Source: an uncultured Alistipes sp. (GTDB taxonomy: Bacteria; Bacteroidota; Bacteroidia; Bacteroidales; Rikenellaceae). Taken from it: DNA of 46,500 nucleotides. The notes beneath the pieces were generated by a model. The model was not told the DNA's origin. It did not search any database and saw only the letters and a program-made list of their open reading frames with translations. The DNA lies in assembly GCA_947178455.1 (NCBI GenBank), contig CAMWYI010000001.1, positions 1-46,500 on the forward strand, written 5' to 3'. Shown piece after piece: positions 38,637-46,500 of the stretch. Made by a program: the position numbers and the translations under genes. Within the stretch, counting starts at the first letter, position 1. Each line of letters begins with the position of its first letter.

Positions 38637-39743
38637 CTATATAAAACAGTTAGCACAAGGTATTTCATCATAGTCATCAAACATATCAACCAAAAGGCCG
38701 CTGGTAGATTTTGCTTTTAACTCGGCTTGCTTCTTGATATGGTCGAGTTTGATTTGTCGTACACGCTCCGGACGGCTTAACTCTTCAAGGGTTTCTCCTT
38801 GAATCCATGTATAGCCATCCTTTTCATATTCCATAGCTTTTTTATACAGTTCTGGATGTTGTTCCAAAAGCCATATCCATTCTATACGTTGCTGGAAAAA
38901 GCAGAAATAACATCCCGAGCGACTCCTGCTATATGTCCCAGTCTTTCCATCAACTTCAAATGGAATAGGATTATAATAGGCAGGGATACCAACACCGCTG
39001 TCTTCTAAGATTTTGAAAATATCAGCCTTTACCAATACATCTTCATTATCAATTAAAGGAAACTCATCTAGCTTTCCGACTGGATAATCGGTTGTTTTGA
39101 GATACTCAAATACGACACGATTAAATGTTTTAACACTTAAATCTAACAGCGCATTGATTTTACGGCTAAGTAAAAAACTCTTCGAGGTTGGAATCTCAAT
39201 AATCTGCAGTGCTTCATCTAATATATCTTTGGATGCATATTGTTTATACAAAGTTGCTATCGTAGATATATTGCTATTATGCAAGACATTATGAACTACA
39301 TCTACACTCCAAATATTTTTCCTGAATGGAAATATAGCCTGAATGTTCGGTTTAGTTGAAACATATCCTTCTCTGTCCTCATCGCCACGAATTCCCACAT
39401 ACGATATTGCGGGGGTATCACCGACAAACTTCTCAAATTCTGCCAATTTCATCTTTTGGGTACACCAACGTGCTTGCGGAGACGGCAAATAACCTCCACT
39501 AATTTTTAAGAAGTGGTCAAAAGGTGTTGGCTCCGGACTATCTTTGGCAGCAATCAGCAACTCAATGTGCCCTAATAATGATTTCAGATTCTCAATGAGT
39601 TTCTCGGTCTCTGCTAATTCGCATTTTGTGTCAGAATTATAATATTCTATTGGAAGCTGCGGATATAATCGCTTCAAATAGATTGCCAGTGCTGCGCTAT
39701 CTTTACCACCAGATATACCTAAAACATGTCTTACTTTATTCAT
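38637..39743 (-). CDS. sspD: PAPS-reductase-family protein SspD (DNA phosphorothioation)
   Basis: PP-loop SGGKDS; RWCT, GIRGDE and RSGCYFCFFQ motifs; C-terminal CANC; follows DUF4007 and ATPase genes. Confidence 0.85.
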   Translation of the reverse strand: MNKVRHVLGISGGKDSAALAIYLKRLYPQLPIEYYNSDTKCELAETEKLIENLKSLLGHIELLIAAKDSPEPTPFDHFLKISGGYLPSPQARWCTQKMKLAEFEKFVGDTPAISYVGIRGDEDREGYVSTKPNIQAIFPFRKNIWSVDVVHNVLHNSNISTIATLYKQYASKDILDEALQIIEIPTSKSFLLSRKINALLDLSVKTFNRVVFEYLKTTDYPVGKLDEFPLIDNEDVLVKADIFKILEDSGVGIPAYYNPIPFEVDGKTGTYSRSRSGCYFCFFQQRIEWIWLLEQHPELYKKAMEYEKDGYTWIQGETLEELSRPERVRQIKLDHIKKQAELKAKSTSGLLVDMFDDYDEIPCANCFI

Positions 39744-42700
39744 CGTTCAGTTTCTTTTTAAGGATAGTTAATAAGACATATGCATCTATCCCATCGTCTC
39801 CTGACAGTAGTTTATCTATTTGTTTTTCGAGTCTTTGAGCAATATCATTTTTTTTCTTGTCTAGTCGAACTATCCGAGGAGAGGCTGCACCATCATTGGA
39901 TATCATCTCAACTCGAATAAACTTGTCATGTTGCCCGAGATTGCTATTGCTGATATCAATAAATTTATCCAGTTCTTTGAATAAATGCACCAAATTGTCA
40001 ATCAAATATGCTTCTTCTTCATCAAGAAGATTCCCGAGCTGCTTATCCAATATCACATATGCCAAAGATTGATACCAAGTAATTTTATCTGTTGATTGTG
40101 ATAATATTCGGTTAAGTATTGTTTTCTGCCTATCAGTTAACAGATATGTTTTGACACATGAATAGCGTTTTTCTAATTCCTTTTTATATTGAAAGAAATC
40201 AGAAGACTTCAAGTTTAATGCTTCAATAAGTGCATTTTCAATACGGGATACAAGGTTAACATAGCAACTGCGAAGCTCTCGAATAGCATTCTGTAACAAA
40301 TCGACATAGCTCCGTAAAACTTCATCGTTATTGGCAATCACACTATCTTTGAATCCTAATGCTCGTGGCAAGTCCTCAAAAAAGGTCTTTTCCGGATCTT
40401 TGGCAGTAGAAAGTACATTGCGAAATTGTAGAGTTGTCTTTTTTAATCGCTTTGTCTGCTTTGTATATTTGTTGAGTTTTTTATAGAATACCAAAAATGG
40501 CCTGATAGTTTCGATAAGACTCGCTGTCGTAAACTCATCATCCTGCGAGAGACTTAATGCTTCTCGATATTTATTGAATAAATCTAACTTGACACCCTCA
40601 ACATTAAAAGCTTTGACCTGAAATCCAGCCGGTGATTTCTGGATAATATCCAACACTTCTCTATTGAGCATCGGAATAAATACTCCATTTTCATTATAGA
40701 GGGAATAGTCATTCTTTTTAATAATGAGATATGTTGGTATCCACAAATCAATTACACCCTGCTTTAATTTGAAAGGCCGAGTCCTAAGTATATTAATAAG
40801 CTCCGCTAACTTGCAAGCTTTCTCCTTACTACTCTCCAAAAACGCTTCACTAACCTTCCAGAGGTCATTGAACGACTCTTCCTGCGGGGCATTTAACTCA
40901 TATTCGCCAAGAAACTTCCTATGAATACCGGTATTTTTTAATAGCGTCAGGTATATTGTTTTCTCAGGCTTGAACATAGTGTCTTCAAATCCCAAATTGT
41001 ATTCAGCTGAATTCTCTAATAAGTGAGATAAGTAATTGACACGAGCCAATGACATTGCTCCGCTTGGCTTATGTTTATTCACCATCTCATTGATGTAGGT
41101 TGGAGTGGAATAATAGACCTCATCGCATATTTGAGATAAGAACTTATTAAAGCTCGTTTTAGAATCAATAGAAAACTCATTACCTCGATATATCCAAACT
41201 ACATCTTGACTATATCTAAACAGAGCATCCAGCACACTGGTATTGAGCAAATTTCGTTCGTGATTCATTAGGGCATTTAATTCTCGATGAGCAACCTTAT
41301 CTGTACTATCAACTACATTCTGAACATAGGCTAATTTGTCCAACATCCAGATATGATCAATAATCTTATCTGTTTGTTTGAAATAGACATACAATATAGC
41401 CTCTTCAATATTACTGGTTTCCTGCTTTAACTTATCTAATGTTAGTGACTCATTAATGATAAGATTGACATATCCGTCAACTTCATTTTGAGGCTGACGG
41501 TTAATTGGATAGTCAGATATTATATATTCAAAATATCGTGGAGTGCCTTTACGGAAATATGTTGCATTTGCAAACTCGACGGGAAGATTAAAGTTCTCAA
41601 GAAGTTTATCAACAACATCTTTAGACCGAGGGACAATTCCGGACGCTTTTAGTAACTCTCCTTCTATATTAACATCTGTTCCTTCAAACAGAATATATTG
41701 TGACTTATATTCCGCATAACGAATTATTTTATATTGCGTCAGCAAATCAATCACAGTTTCAGGATCCTCAATATCTAACGCATTTTTTGCATATATGGAT
41801 AAATCTTTTTTAGAGCAACGTATCCCTGCATTGCCGAAAAGATTCATCATTCCAATGGTTTTGACTAGTTTAATTGCATTTTCTGCAATATCTGCATCGA
41901 ATAAACTTTCTATTCGTTCTAATGCGACTCTAATACCTGTCCATGCAGCTGTATCAGGATTGATCTCAGAAAGAAATGAATAAAAATTATATATATCGTA
42001 ATCATATACATCAGCCAAACTATATGTCGTGTGTTTGCCGTCTTTAAATGATTGCAGAGAACTTTCGCCCGTAGATTCAAGAAACGAAAAAAGAGTACGC
42101 TCATTTTGGCCATAGCGCTGAATAGACAATGTTAAAGCCTGAGCAGCGAACAAGTCCAATGGATACAAACAAGCTGCTGTATCATCGTACTCAATTGATG
42201 AACTGGCGAACTTCGTACTTCGTGCTAAGTCATATATAGTTTTAAATCCTTTATTGAGCATTGGTCTGGGAGTACGTCCAATGCGTTTGGCTGCTAAATA
42301 TAGCAGTTGCTCAACAGGTTCATTAAATACAATTTCCTGGAAGCGGCCTTTTACTTTATTCCATTCATGCCGTTGTGATTCATTTAACGCGTGAGCGTAT
42401 GAATTGAAATTCTGATGAAGAGTTGTAAGTAAGATAGCATTTCGCTTCTCACTATTCATAAACTCAGTAAACTTCTGAAATATATACAGCTCTTTCTCTG
42501 GATTATTCTTTGCAGCATATTCTAATAGTTTGCCGAATTCGTCTATTACAATAAAAACAAATTCGTCTTGTTTCTCTGCTTTTGCGAAAAACCTCGATAG
42601 GTTCTCAAACAGATTTTCAGATATGGCATTTGGAAAGAGATGCTCGGTCAGCAATCTGTGTAGTGAGGTGTAGTCGCCAACAATCTTATGAAACCGAAAT

Positions 42701-42957
42701 CTACTATATCCATTAAATTGCCCTTTGTTTGACAACAAGATATGTGAATTATTTACCAAAGTATCTTCTAAAGCTAATAGGAAACTGGATTTACCTGTTC
42801 CATATGAACCTATAATATTAAATGAATGGATGCCTGTGTTGAATGAATCAACAATATGCCCAACTACACCAAGGGCATTTGGCGTAACAATATAGCTTTT
42901 CGGCTTGAATGTACTTTGCTCGATATTTATTGAGAGGGTATATTTCATATTACTCAT
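39736..42957 (-). CDS. sspC: Large P-loop ATPase SspC
   Basis: Walker A GSYGTGKS, Walker B IVIDEFGK, LHQ..EWNKVKGRF, YPL and QNERTLFSFL; located between DUF4007 and PAPS reductase. Confidence 0.82.
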   Translation of the reverse strand: MSNMKYTLSINIEQSTFKPKSYIVTPNALGVVGHIVDSFNTGIHSFNIIGSYGTGKSSFLLALEDTLVNNSHILLSNKGQFNGYSRFRFHKIVGDYTSLHRLLTEHLFPNAISENLFENLSRFFAKAEKQDEFVFIVIDEFGKLLEYAAKNNPEKELYIFQKFTEFMNSEKRNAILLTTLHQNFNSYAHALNESQRHEWNKVKGRFQEIVFNEPVEQLLYLAAKRIGRTPRPMLNKGFKTIYDLARSTKFASSSIEYDDTAACLYPLDLFAAQALTLSIQRYGQNERTLFSFLESTGESSLQSFKDGKHTTYSLADVYDYDIYNFYSFLSEINPDTAAWTGIRVALERIESLFDADIAENAIKLVKTIGMMNLFGNAGIRCSKKDLSIYAKNALDIEDPETVIDLLTQYKIIRYAEYKSQYILFEGTDVNIEGELLKASGIVPRSKDVVDKLLENFNLPVEFANATYFRKGTPRYFEYIISDYPINRQPQNEVDGYVNLIINESLTLDKLKQETSNIEEAILYVYFKQTDKIIDHIWMLDKLAYVQNVVDSTDKVAHRELNALMNHERNLLNTSVLDALFRYSQDVVWIYRGNEFSIDSKTSFNKFLSQICDEVYYSTPTYINEMVNKHKPSGAMSLARVNYLSHLLENSAEYNLGFEDTMFKPEKTIYLTLLKNTGIHRKFLGEYELNAPQEESFNDLWKVSEAFLESSKEKACKLAELINILRTRPFKLKQGVIDLWIPTYLIIKKNDYSLYNENGVFIPMLNREVLDIIQKSPAGFQVKAFNVEGVKLDLFNKYREALSLSQDDEFTTASLIETIRPFLVFYKKLNKYTKQTKRLKKTTLQFRNVLSTAKDPEKTFFEDLPRALGFKDSVIANNDEVLRSYVDLLQNAIRELRSCYVNLVSRIENALIEALNLKSSDFFQYKKELEKRYSCVKTYLLTDRQKTILNRILSQSTDKITWYQSLAYVILDKQLGNLLDEEEAYLIDNLVHLFKELDKFIDISNSNLGQHDKFIRVEMISNDGAASPRIVRLDKKKNDIAQRLEKQIDKLLSGDDGIDAYVLLTILKKKLNDE

Positions 42958-43819
42958 TCAAGTAGTAGTTATTGAGTATTGTATCCGTTGATACATTTCC
43001 TCTAATTTGTAATTCTTTAATACCAGCCACATCTGAAAATATAATCTGATTCGGGTATTTGGCACTCAATTGTTTGACAATGCTTAATAGATCATTGTTA
43101 GTTAAACAGAAGATTAATGCCAGATCCTTCATAGACTCAAATGATATACTTTTGCTATCCGGGAATTGGACAAGCAATGCATATAAAAATATATTGACAG
43201 GCACAATATTACGAGTATCATAATTAAAAATATACATGCTACTATCTGTTTCCTGAATTAAATTCAAAGGAGTTAATAGCATGTTTGATTCCTCAATATT
43301 TCCACTGCTATAGCTGCAATAGTTATGTAACAAAACTCCTATGTCTCGTTTAATGGTATTTTCGTTATATAGATTTTTATAACTAGTACCGTCAAAACAC
43401 AAATGCTTGATGAAATTTTGTAATTTTACCTTATCTATCAAATTGCGCTGTCTATGATAATCGATAAATGTGCTTGAGTAGATTGTTGCATAATCTTCAT
43501 TTATAAGATTGAAATGTAGCAGCCATAGACTACCCATATCTTCAAAGAAAGGATCGTATCCATTCTCATTATCCATGAGTTTATACGCCAATGAAGTTAA
43601 TCCCTCTTCGGGATTCAATAGACCAAATGCTCGCATCCAGAACTTAATGGAGTTAACCATATTTTTACCAACGCCAAGGCGAACAACCGCGTCTTCATCA
43701 TTGAAGTTATTCCCTGCAATCACAAAATCATATCCACGTTTTAACCAATGAGATTTGCATGCAAATGATTCATGACCTGAGAATACAGGTTTCTTCATAT
43801 ATAAATCTTTATTTATCAT
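42950..43819 (-). CDS. sspB: DUF4007 protein SspB (nicking nuclease of Ssp systems)
   Basis: FSGHESF..WLKRG..LGVGKNMVNSIKFW..DPFFED..LWLLH DUF4007 signature. Confidence 0.88.
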   Translation of the reverse strand: MINKDLYMKKPVFSGHESFACKSHWLKRGYDFVIAGNNFNDEDAVVRLGVGKNMVNSIKFWMRAFGLLNPEEGLTSLAYKLMDNENGYDPFFEDMGSLWLLHFNLINEDYATIYSSTFIDYHRQRNLIDKVKLQNFIKHLCFDGTSYKNLYNENTIKRDIGVLLHNYCSYSSGNIEESNMLLTPLNLIQETDSSMYIFNYDTRNIVPVNIFLYALLVQFPDSKSISFESMKDLALIFCLTNNDLLSIVKQLSAKYPNQIIFSDVAGIKELQIRGNVSTDTILNNYYLNE

Positions 43820-44006
43820 TTATCAATTCCTTAATATCAATATTTAACAATTTGGCGATATTGACTAACGTATCTAATGTCGGTTGAGTCGCATTTGAGC
43901 ACCATTTAGAAATAGTAGATGGGTCTTTTCCAAGTTGTTCTGCCAACCATTTTCCTGTTCTTTTCTGCTCAACAAGAACTAACTTCAGTCGATTAACATC
44001 TTTCAT
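43809..44006 (-). CDS. XRE/Cro HTH transcriptional regulator heading the defence operon
   Basis: NRLKLVLVEQKRTGKWLAEQLGKDPSTISKWCSNATQP; overlaps the sspB start. Confidence 0.9.
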   Translation of the reverse strand: MKDVNRLKLVLVEQKRTGKWLAEQLGKDPSTISKWCSNATQPTLDTLVNIAKLLNIDIKELINDK

Positions 44007-44030
44007 GTATCAGTTATATTTGACAATCTA

Positions 44031-44056
44031 CAAAGATATTGAAAAATCTTCAATAT
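44031..44056 (-). promoter_or_regulatory. Promoter -7 element of the defence operon overlapped by an inverted repeat
   Basis: TATCTTTG (minus strand, 44031-44038); ATATTGAA-n5-TTCAATAT (44036-44056). Confidence 0.55.
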
Positions 44057-44249
44057 AGACAATTCTTAAAGCAACAAAAAAACATACCAGTATAAGAATA
44101 AGTAAGATTAAGCAAATAGCTTCAATTAAGTATCAAAAAATAACATGCCAAACCTCTTCAATAGAGCAAACGGATATATCAGCCAACCTTTTGGCTGGAT
44201 ATTGCAGTATTCCATGACACAGGAGTTACACCAAAGATATTGCCTACTT

Positions 44250-44308
44250 TATACCCAAAAAGGTGTAAATACAAATTATTTCACTATTTTTGCACCCAAA
44301 GAGGTATA
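44250..44308. promoter_or_regulatory. Two palindromic operators (putative HipB sites) and -7 element of the hip operon
   Basis: TATACC-caaaaa-GGTGTA (44250-44267) and TGCACC-caaaga-GGTATA (44291-44308); TATTTTTG at 44285-44292. Confidence 0.65.
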
Positions 44309-44310
44309 AT

Positions 44311-44526
44311 ATGCAGACGGCATTATCGAAATACGTAAAGGCTATGCGCAAGCAGCATCGGCTGACGCAGGTCGAACTATCCGAGAAATCGGGCGTAGGA
44401 CTGCGGTTCGTGCGCGAACTGGAGCAGGGAAAACCAACGCTTCGGCTGGACAAAATCAATCAAATTCTCAACCTGTTCGGGGCCGAGGTCGGAGTGGTGC
44501 CGATGACAAAAACAGAAGACCGATGA
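44311..44526 (+). CDS. HipB-like (y4mF-family) HTH regulator
   Basis: RKQHRLTQVELSEKSGVGLRFVRELEQGKPTLRLDK; ATG 44311; ATGA overlap with the next gene. Confidence 0.9.
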   Translation: MQTALSKYVKAMRKQHRLTQVELSEKSGVGLRFVRELEQGKPTLRLDKINQILNLFGAEVGVVPMTKTEDR

Positions 44527-44852
44527 AACAGGCTGCCATCTACCTCCACGACCGCAAGGCGGGACTGTTAACCGAGGATGAAACCGGATACACGTTCCAT
44601 TACGATGCCGACTATCTCCGCCTGCCCGATGCCGAAGCGGTCAGTCTCACACTGCCGCTTACAGAACAAATCTATCGCGACAAGGTGCTGTTCCCGTTCT
44701 TCGACGGATTGATTCCCGAAGGATGGCTGCTCGACATTGCCGAAAAGAGTTGGAAAATCGACAACCGCGATCGGATGTCGCTGCTTTTGGCCTGCTGCAA
44801 AGACTGCATCGGTGCCGTCAGTGTAGTACCCATCGAATCAAAGGAGGAGTAA
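44523..44852 (+). CDS. HipA N-terminal domain protein (HipS-like antitoxin)
   Basis: YTFHYD..AVSLTLP..LFPFFDGLIPEGW..DCIGAV motifs. Confidence 0.9.
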   Translation: MKQAAIYLHDRKAGLLTEDETGYTFHYDADYLRLPDAEAVSLTLPLTEQIYRDKVLFPFFDGLIPEGWLLDIAEKSWKIDNRDRMSLLLACCKDCIGAVSVVPIESKEE

Positions 44853-44853
44853 C

Positions 44854-45795
44854 ATGGAGCGTTGTCTATATTGTTACAAAGAATTGACCGACAGCGAGCA
44901 TGATTTCCACAAATCCTGCTCCAAGAAGATTTTCGGTACTTCCGCAGCCCCTTTACTTCCCTACACGCGCGCCAATATTGCAGCGCTTGCCCGTGAGGTA
45001 ATCCGCAGCCGAACGACGCTGACCGGTGTGCAGGCGAAACTGTCGCTCGACATCGCCAAAGCGGGTAAAGGCACCCCGGAACGCTTTACAATCGTCGGCC
45101 TGTGGGGCCGCTATATCCTCAAACCGCAGACCGAACATTATCCGCACTTGCCGGAACTGGAAGATTTGACCATGCACATGGCCGAAGTTGCGAAGATGCA
45201 GGTCGTACCCCATTCGCTCGTCCCCTTTGCCGACGGGGAATTGTGCTACATCACACGCCGCATCGACAGGGGAGCACACGGCGAAAAATACCAGATGGAA
45301 GACCTCTGCCAGCTCTCCGAACGACTGACCGAGCACAAATACAAAGGTTCCTACGAGCAAATCGCCAAAACGATTCTGCGCTATTCAGCTGCGCCAAAAT
45401 TAGATGTCGTCAATTTCTGGGAACAGGTGTTGTTTTCGTGGATTACGGGCAATGCCGACATGCACCTCAAAAACTTTTCGCTATACAGTAAAAGTTCGGG
45501 TGTTTATGGGCTGACACCGGCTTATGACCTGCTATCGACTGCTCTCGTTTTACCCAAAGACACCGAGGAATTGGCACTGACACTGAACGGCCGCAAACGC
45601 AAGCTCCGCCGCAGCGATTTCGTGCAGGCAATGACGGCTTCGGGCATGGACGAAAAGGTGATTGACAACCTATTCAAGAAGTTCATCAACGCCATCCCGA
45701 CATGGAACGAGTGGATCGACGTTTCGTTCCTGCCCGACGAGATGAAAGGCAAATATAAAGCGCTTATCGCAGAAAGAATCGGCCAGCTAAAATAG
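44854..45795 (+). CDS. HipA-family Ser/Thr kinase toxin (HipT-like)
   Basis: Gly-rich loop TLTGVQAKL; YILKP, catalytic GNADMHLKNFS and LTPAYDL motifs. Confidence 0.92.
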   Translation: MERCLYCYKELTDSEHDFHKSCSKKIFGTSAAPLLPYTRANIAALAREVIRSRTTLTGVQAKLSLDIAKAGKGTPERFTIVGLWGRYILKPQTEHYPHLPELEDLTMHMAEVAKMQVVPHSLVPFADGELCYITRRIDRGAHGEKYQMEDLCQLSERLTEHKYKGSYEQIAKTILRYSAAPKLDVVNFWEQVLFSWITGNADMHLKNFSLYSKSSGVYGLTPAYDLLSTALVLPKDTEELALTLNGRKRKLRRSDFVQAMTASGMDEKVIDNLFKKFINAIPTWNEWIDVSFLPDEMKGKYKALIAERIGQLK

Positions 45796-45930
45796 CCGCA
45801 TTACATCCTGCCGCGAAAATAATTTCATCCAAAAATTCGCTGAAAATAATTTGCCGTATATTTACAATGAAGCGAACAATCGGCATAGATAACAATATAA
45901 TAAGCAAATAATTAGCGATTTACACTTCAT

Positions 45931-45948
45931 TTCTGCATCGGCAAATAA
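45931..45948 (+). repeat. attR (displaced copy of the mnmE 3' end)
   Basis: TTC TGC ATC GGC AAA TAA = FCIGK*, in non-coding DNA at the end of the island. Confidence 0.85.
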
Positions 45949-45949
45949 G

Positions 45950-46500
45950 ATGAAAAAAAACATGCAACGAATCATCACCATAATTTCGGCAATACTGGCA
46001 ACCATGAATTTACAAGCGCAACGAGCGACAATACCGGCGGATGTCCATTCGCATATCGTGATAAAGGAGTATATGGACTATCTGCGTGCCAACCGAGCGG
46101 ATATGGAAGACGGCTATCCGCTCCCCGATTGGAGCGCGGAAGAACATCTGCGGTTTATGGATGATGCAGGCATCGCGTGGTCGGTTCTCACGATGCCCTC
46201 GCCGCAACCGTTTTTCGGGGATGCGCAGGAGGCGGCCAAAATAATCCGCTCTGTCAATGAGGAAGCGTGGCGGACGCGCGAAAAATATCCCGACCGTTTC
46301 AAGTTCTGCGCGGCAGTACCACTGCCCGATGTGAATCTTGCTATCGAGGAGGCCATCTATGCGCTCGACACGCTGAAAGCCGACGGCATCAAACTGGCGA
46401 CCAACAGCCGCGGGCAATATCTCGGCGACCCCGCGCTCGAACCGCTGATGCAAGTGCTCAACGACCGCAAAGCCACCGTCATCATCCACCCGCACAAACC
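45950..46500 (+). CDS. Amidohydrolase family protein (runs off window)
   Basis: Manual translation: MKKNMQRIITIISAILATMNLQAQRATIPADVHSHIV..LPDWSAEEHLRFMDDAGIAWSVLTMPSP..IIHPHK. Has the DxHxH metal motif; alternative starts at 45962 and 46004. Confidence 0.85.
   Translation, partial: MKKNMQRIITIISAILATMNLQAQRATIPADVHSHIVIKEYMDYLRANRADMEDGYPLPDWSAEEHLRFMDDAGIAWSVLTMPSPQPFFGDAQEAAKIIRSVNEEAWRTREKYPDRFKFCAAVPLPDVNLAIEEAIYALDTLKADGIKLATNSRGQYLGDPALEPLMQVLNDRKATVIIHPHK

Larger units (their letters stand above)
22925..45948. mobile_element. Integrative mobilizable element / genomic island (~23 kb) inserted in the mnmE 3' end
   Basis: Flanking 18-bp imperfect direct repeats; integrase at the left end; xis-like, mobC and relaxase genes; AT-rich cargo; no conjugation (T4SS) genes. 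Confidence 0.9.

Noticed and set aside
38637-43819. BREX type 4 or sulfate-assimilation (cysH) interpretation of the PAPS reductase cluster
   Set aside because: No pglZ or brxL and no cys genes; separate DUF4007, ATPase and PAPS reductase genes in this order fit SspBCD.
46010-46495. 161-aa minus-strand ORF at the right edge
   Set aside because: Antisense to the plus-strand amidohydrolase, which the ORF track misses because its stop lies outside the window.

Overview
The window has two parts. Positions 1-22942 are GC-rich Bacteroidetes core chromosome (Alistipes/Rikenellaceae-like, inferred from gene order and TAnnTTTG promoter boxes). They carry DAHP synthase/chorismate mutase, mreBCD-mrdA-rodA, a Ca2+ P-type ATPase, hsp20, a CMD-cupin protein, an OstA-like/SurA cluster, a CPBP protease, and parA-parB-DUF5683-lytic transglycosylase-mnmE. 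A ~23 kb integrative mobilizable element sits in the last codons of mnmE. Its boundaries are an imperfect 18-bp direct repeat: TTTTGCATCGGAAAGTAA at 22925-22942 and TTCTGCATCGGCAAATAA at 45931-45948, both reading FCIGK*. The element encodes a tyrosine integrase, a RhuM-like protein, an excisionase-like HTH, a putative oriT, MobC, a relaxase and a split HipA (HipBST-like) toxin-antitoxin module. It also carries a very AT-rich, tightly coupled 11-gene minus-strand operon (29401-44006), which is the main finding. Gene order: XRE regulator, sspB, sspC, sspD (single-strand DNA phosphorothioation core; no sspA or sspE, and no gene I can assign to sspFGH), a MORC/MutL-type GHKL ATPase fused to a histidine kinase, a receiver protein with an unknown output domain, a His-motif (DUF2290-like) protein, a PLD-nuclease/SF2 helicase, a small protein, a Rad50/DndD-like zinc-hook ATPase and a dnd-associated-like protein. 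The last four resemble PbeABCD. This looks like a hybrid, possibly phosphorelay-gated, phosphorothioate-based anti-phage system. All family assignments come from motifs read by eye; no database searches were run.
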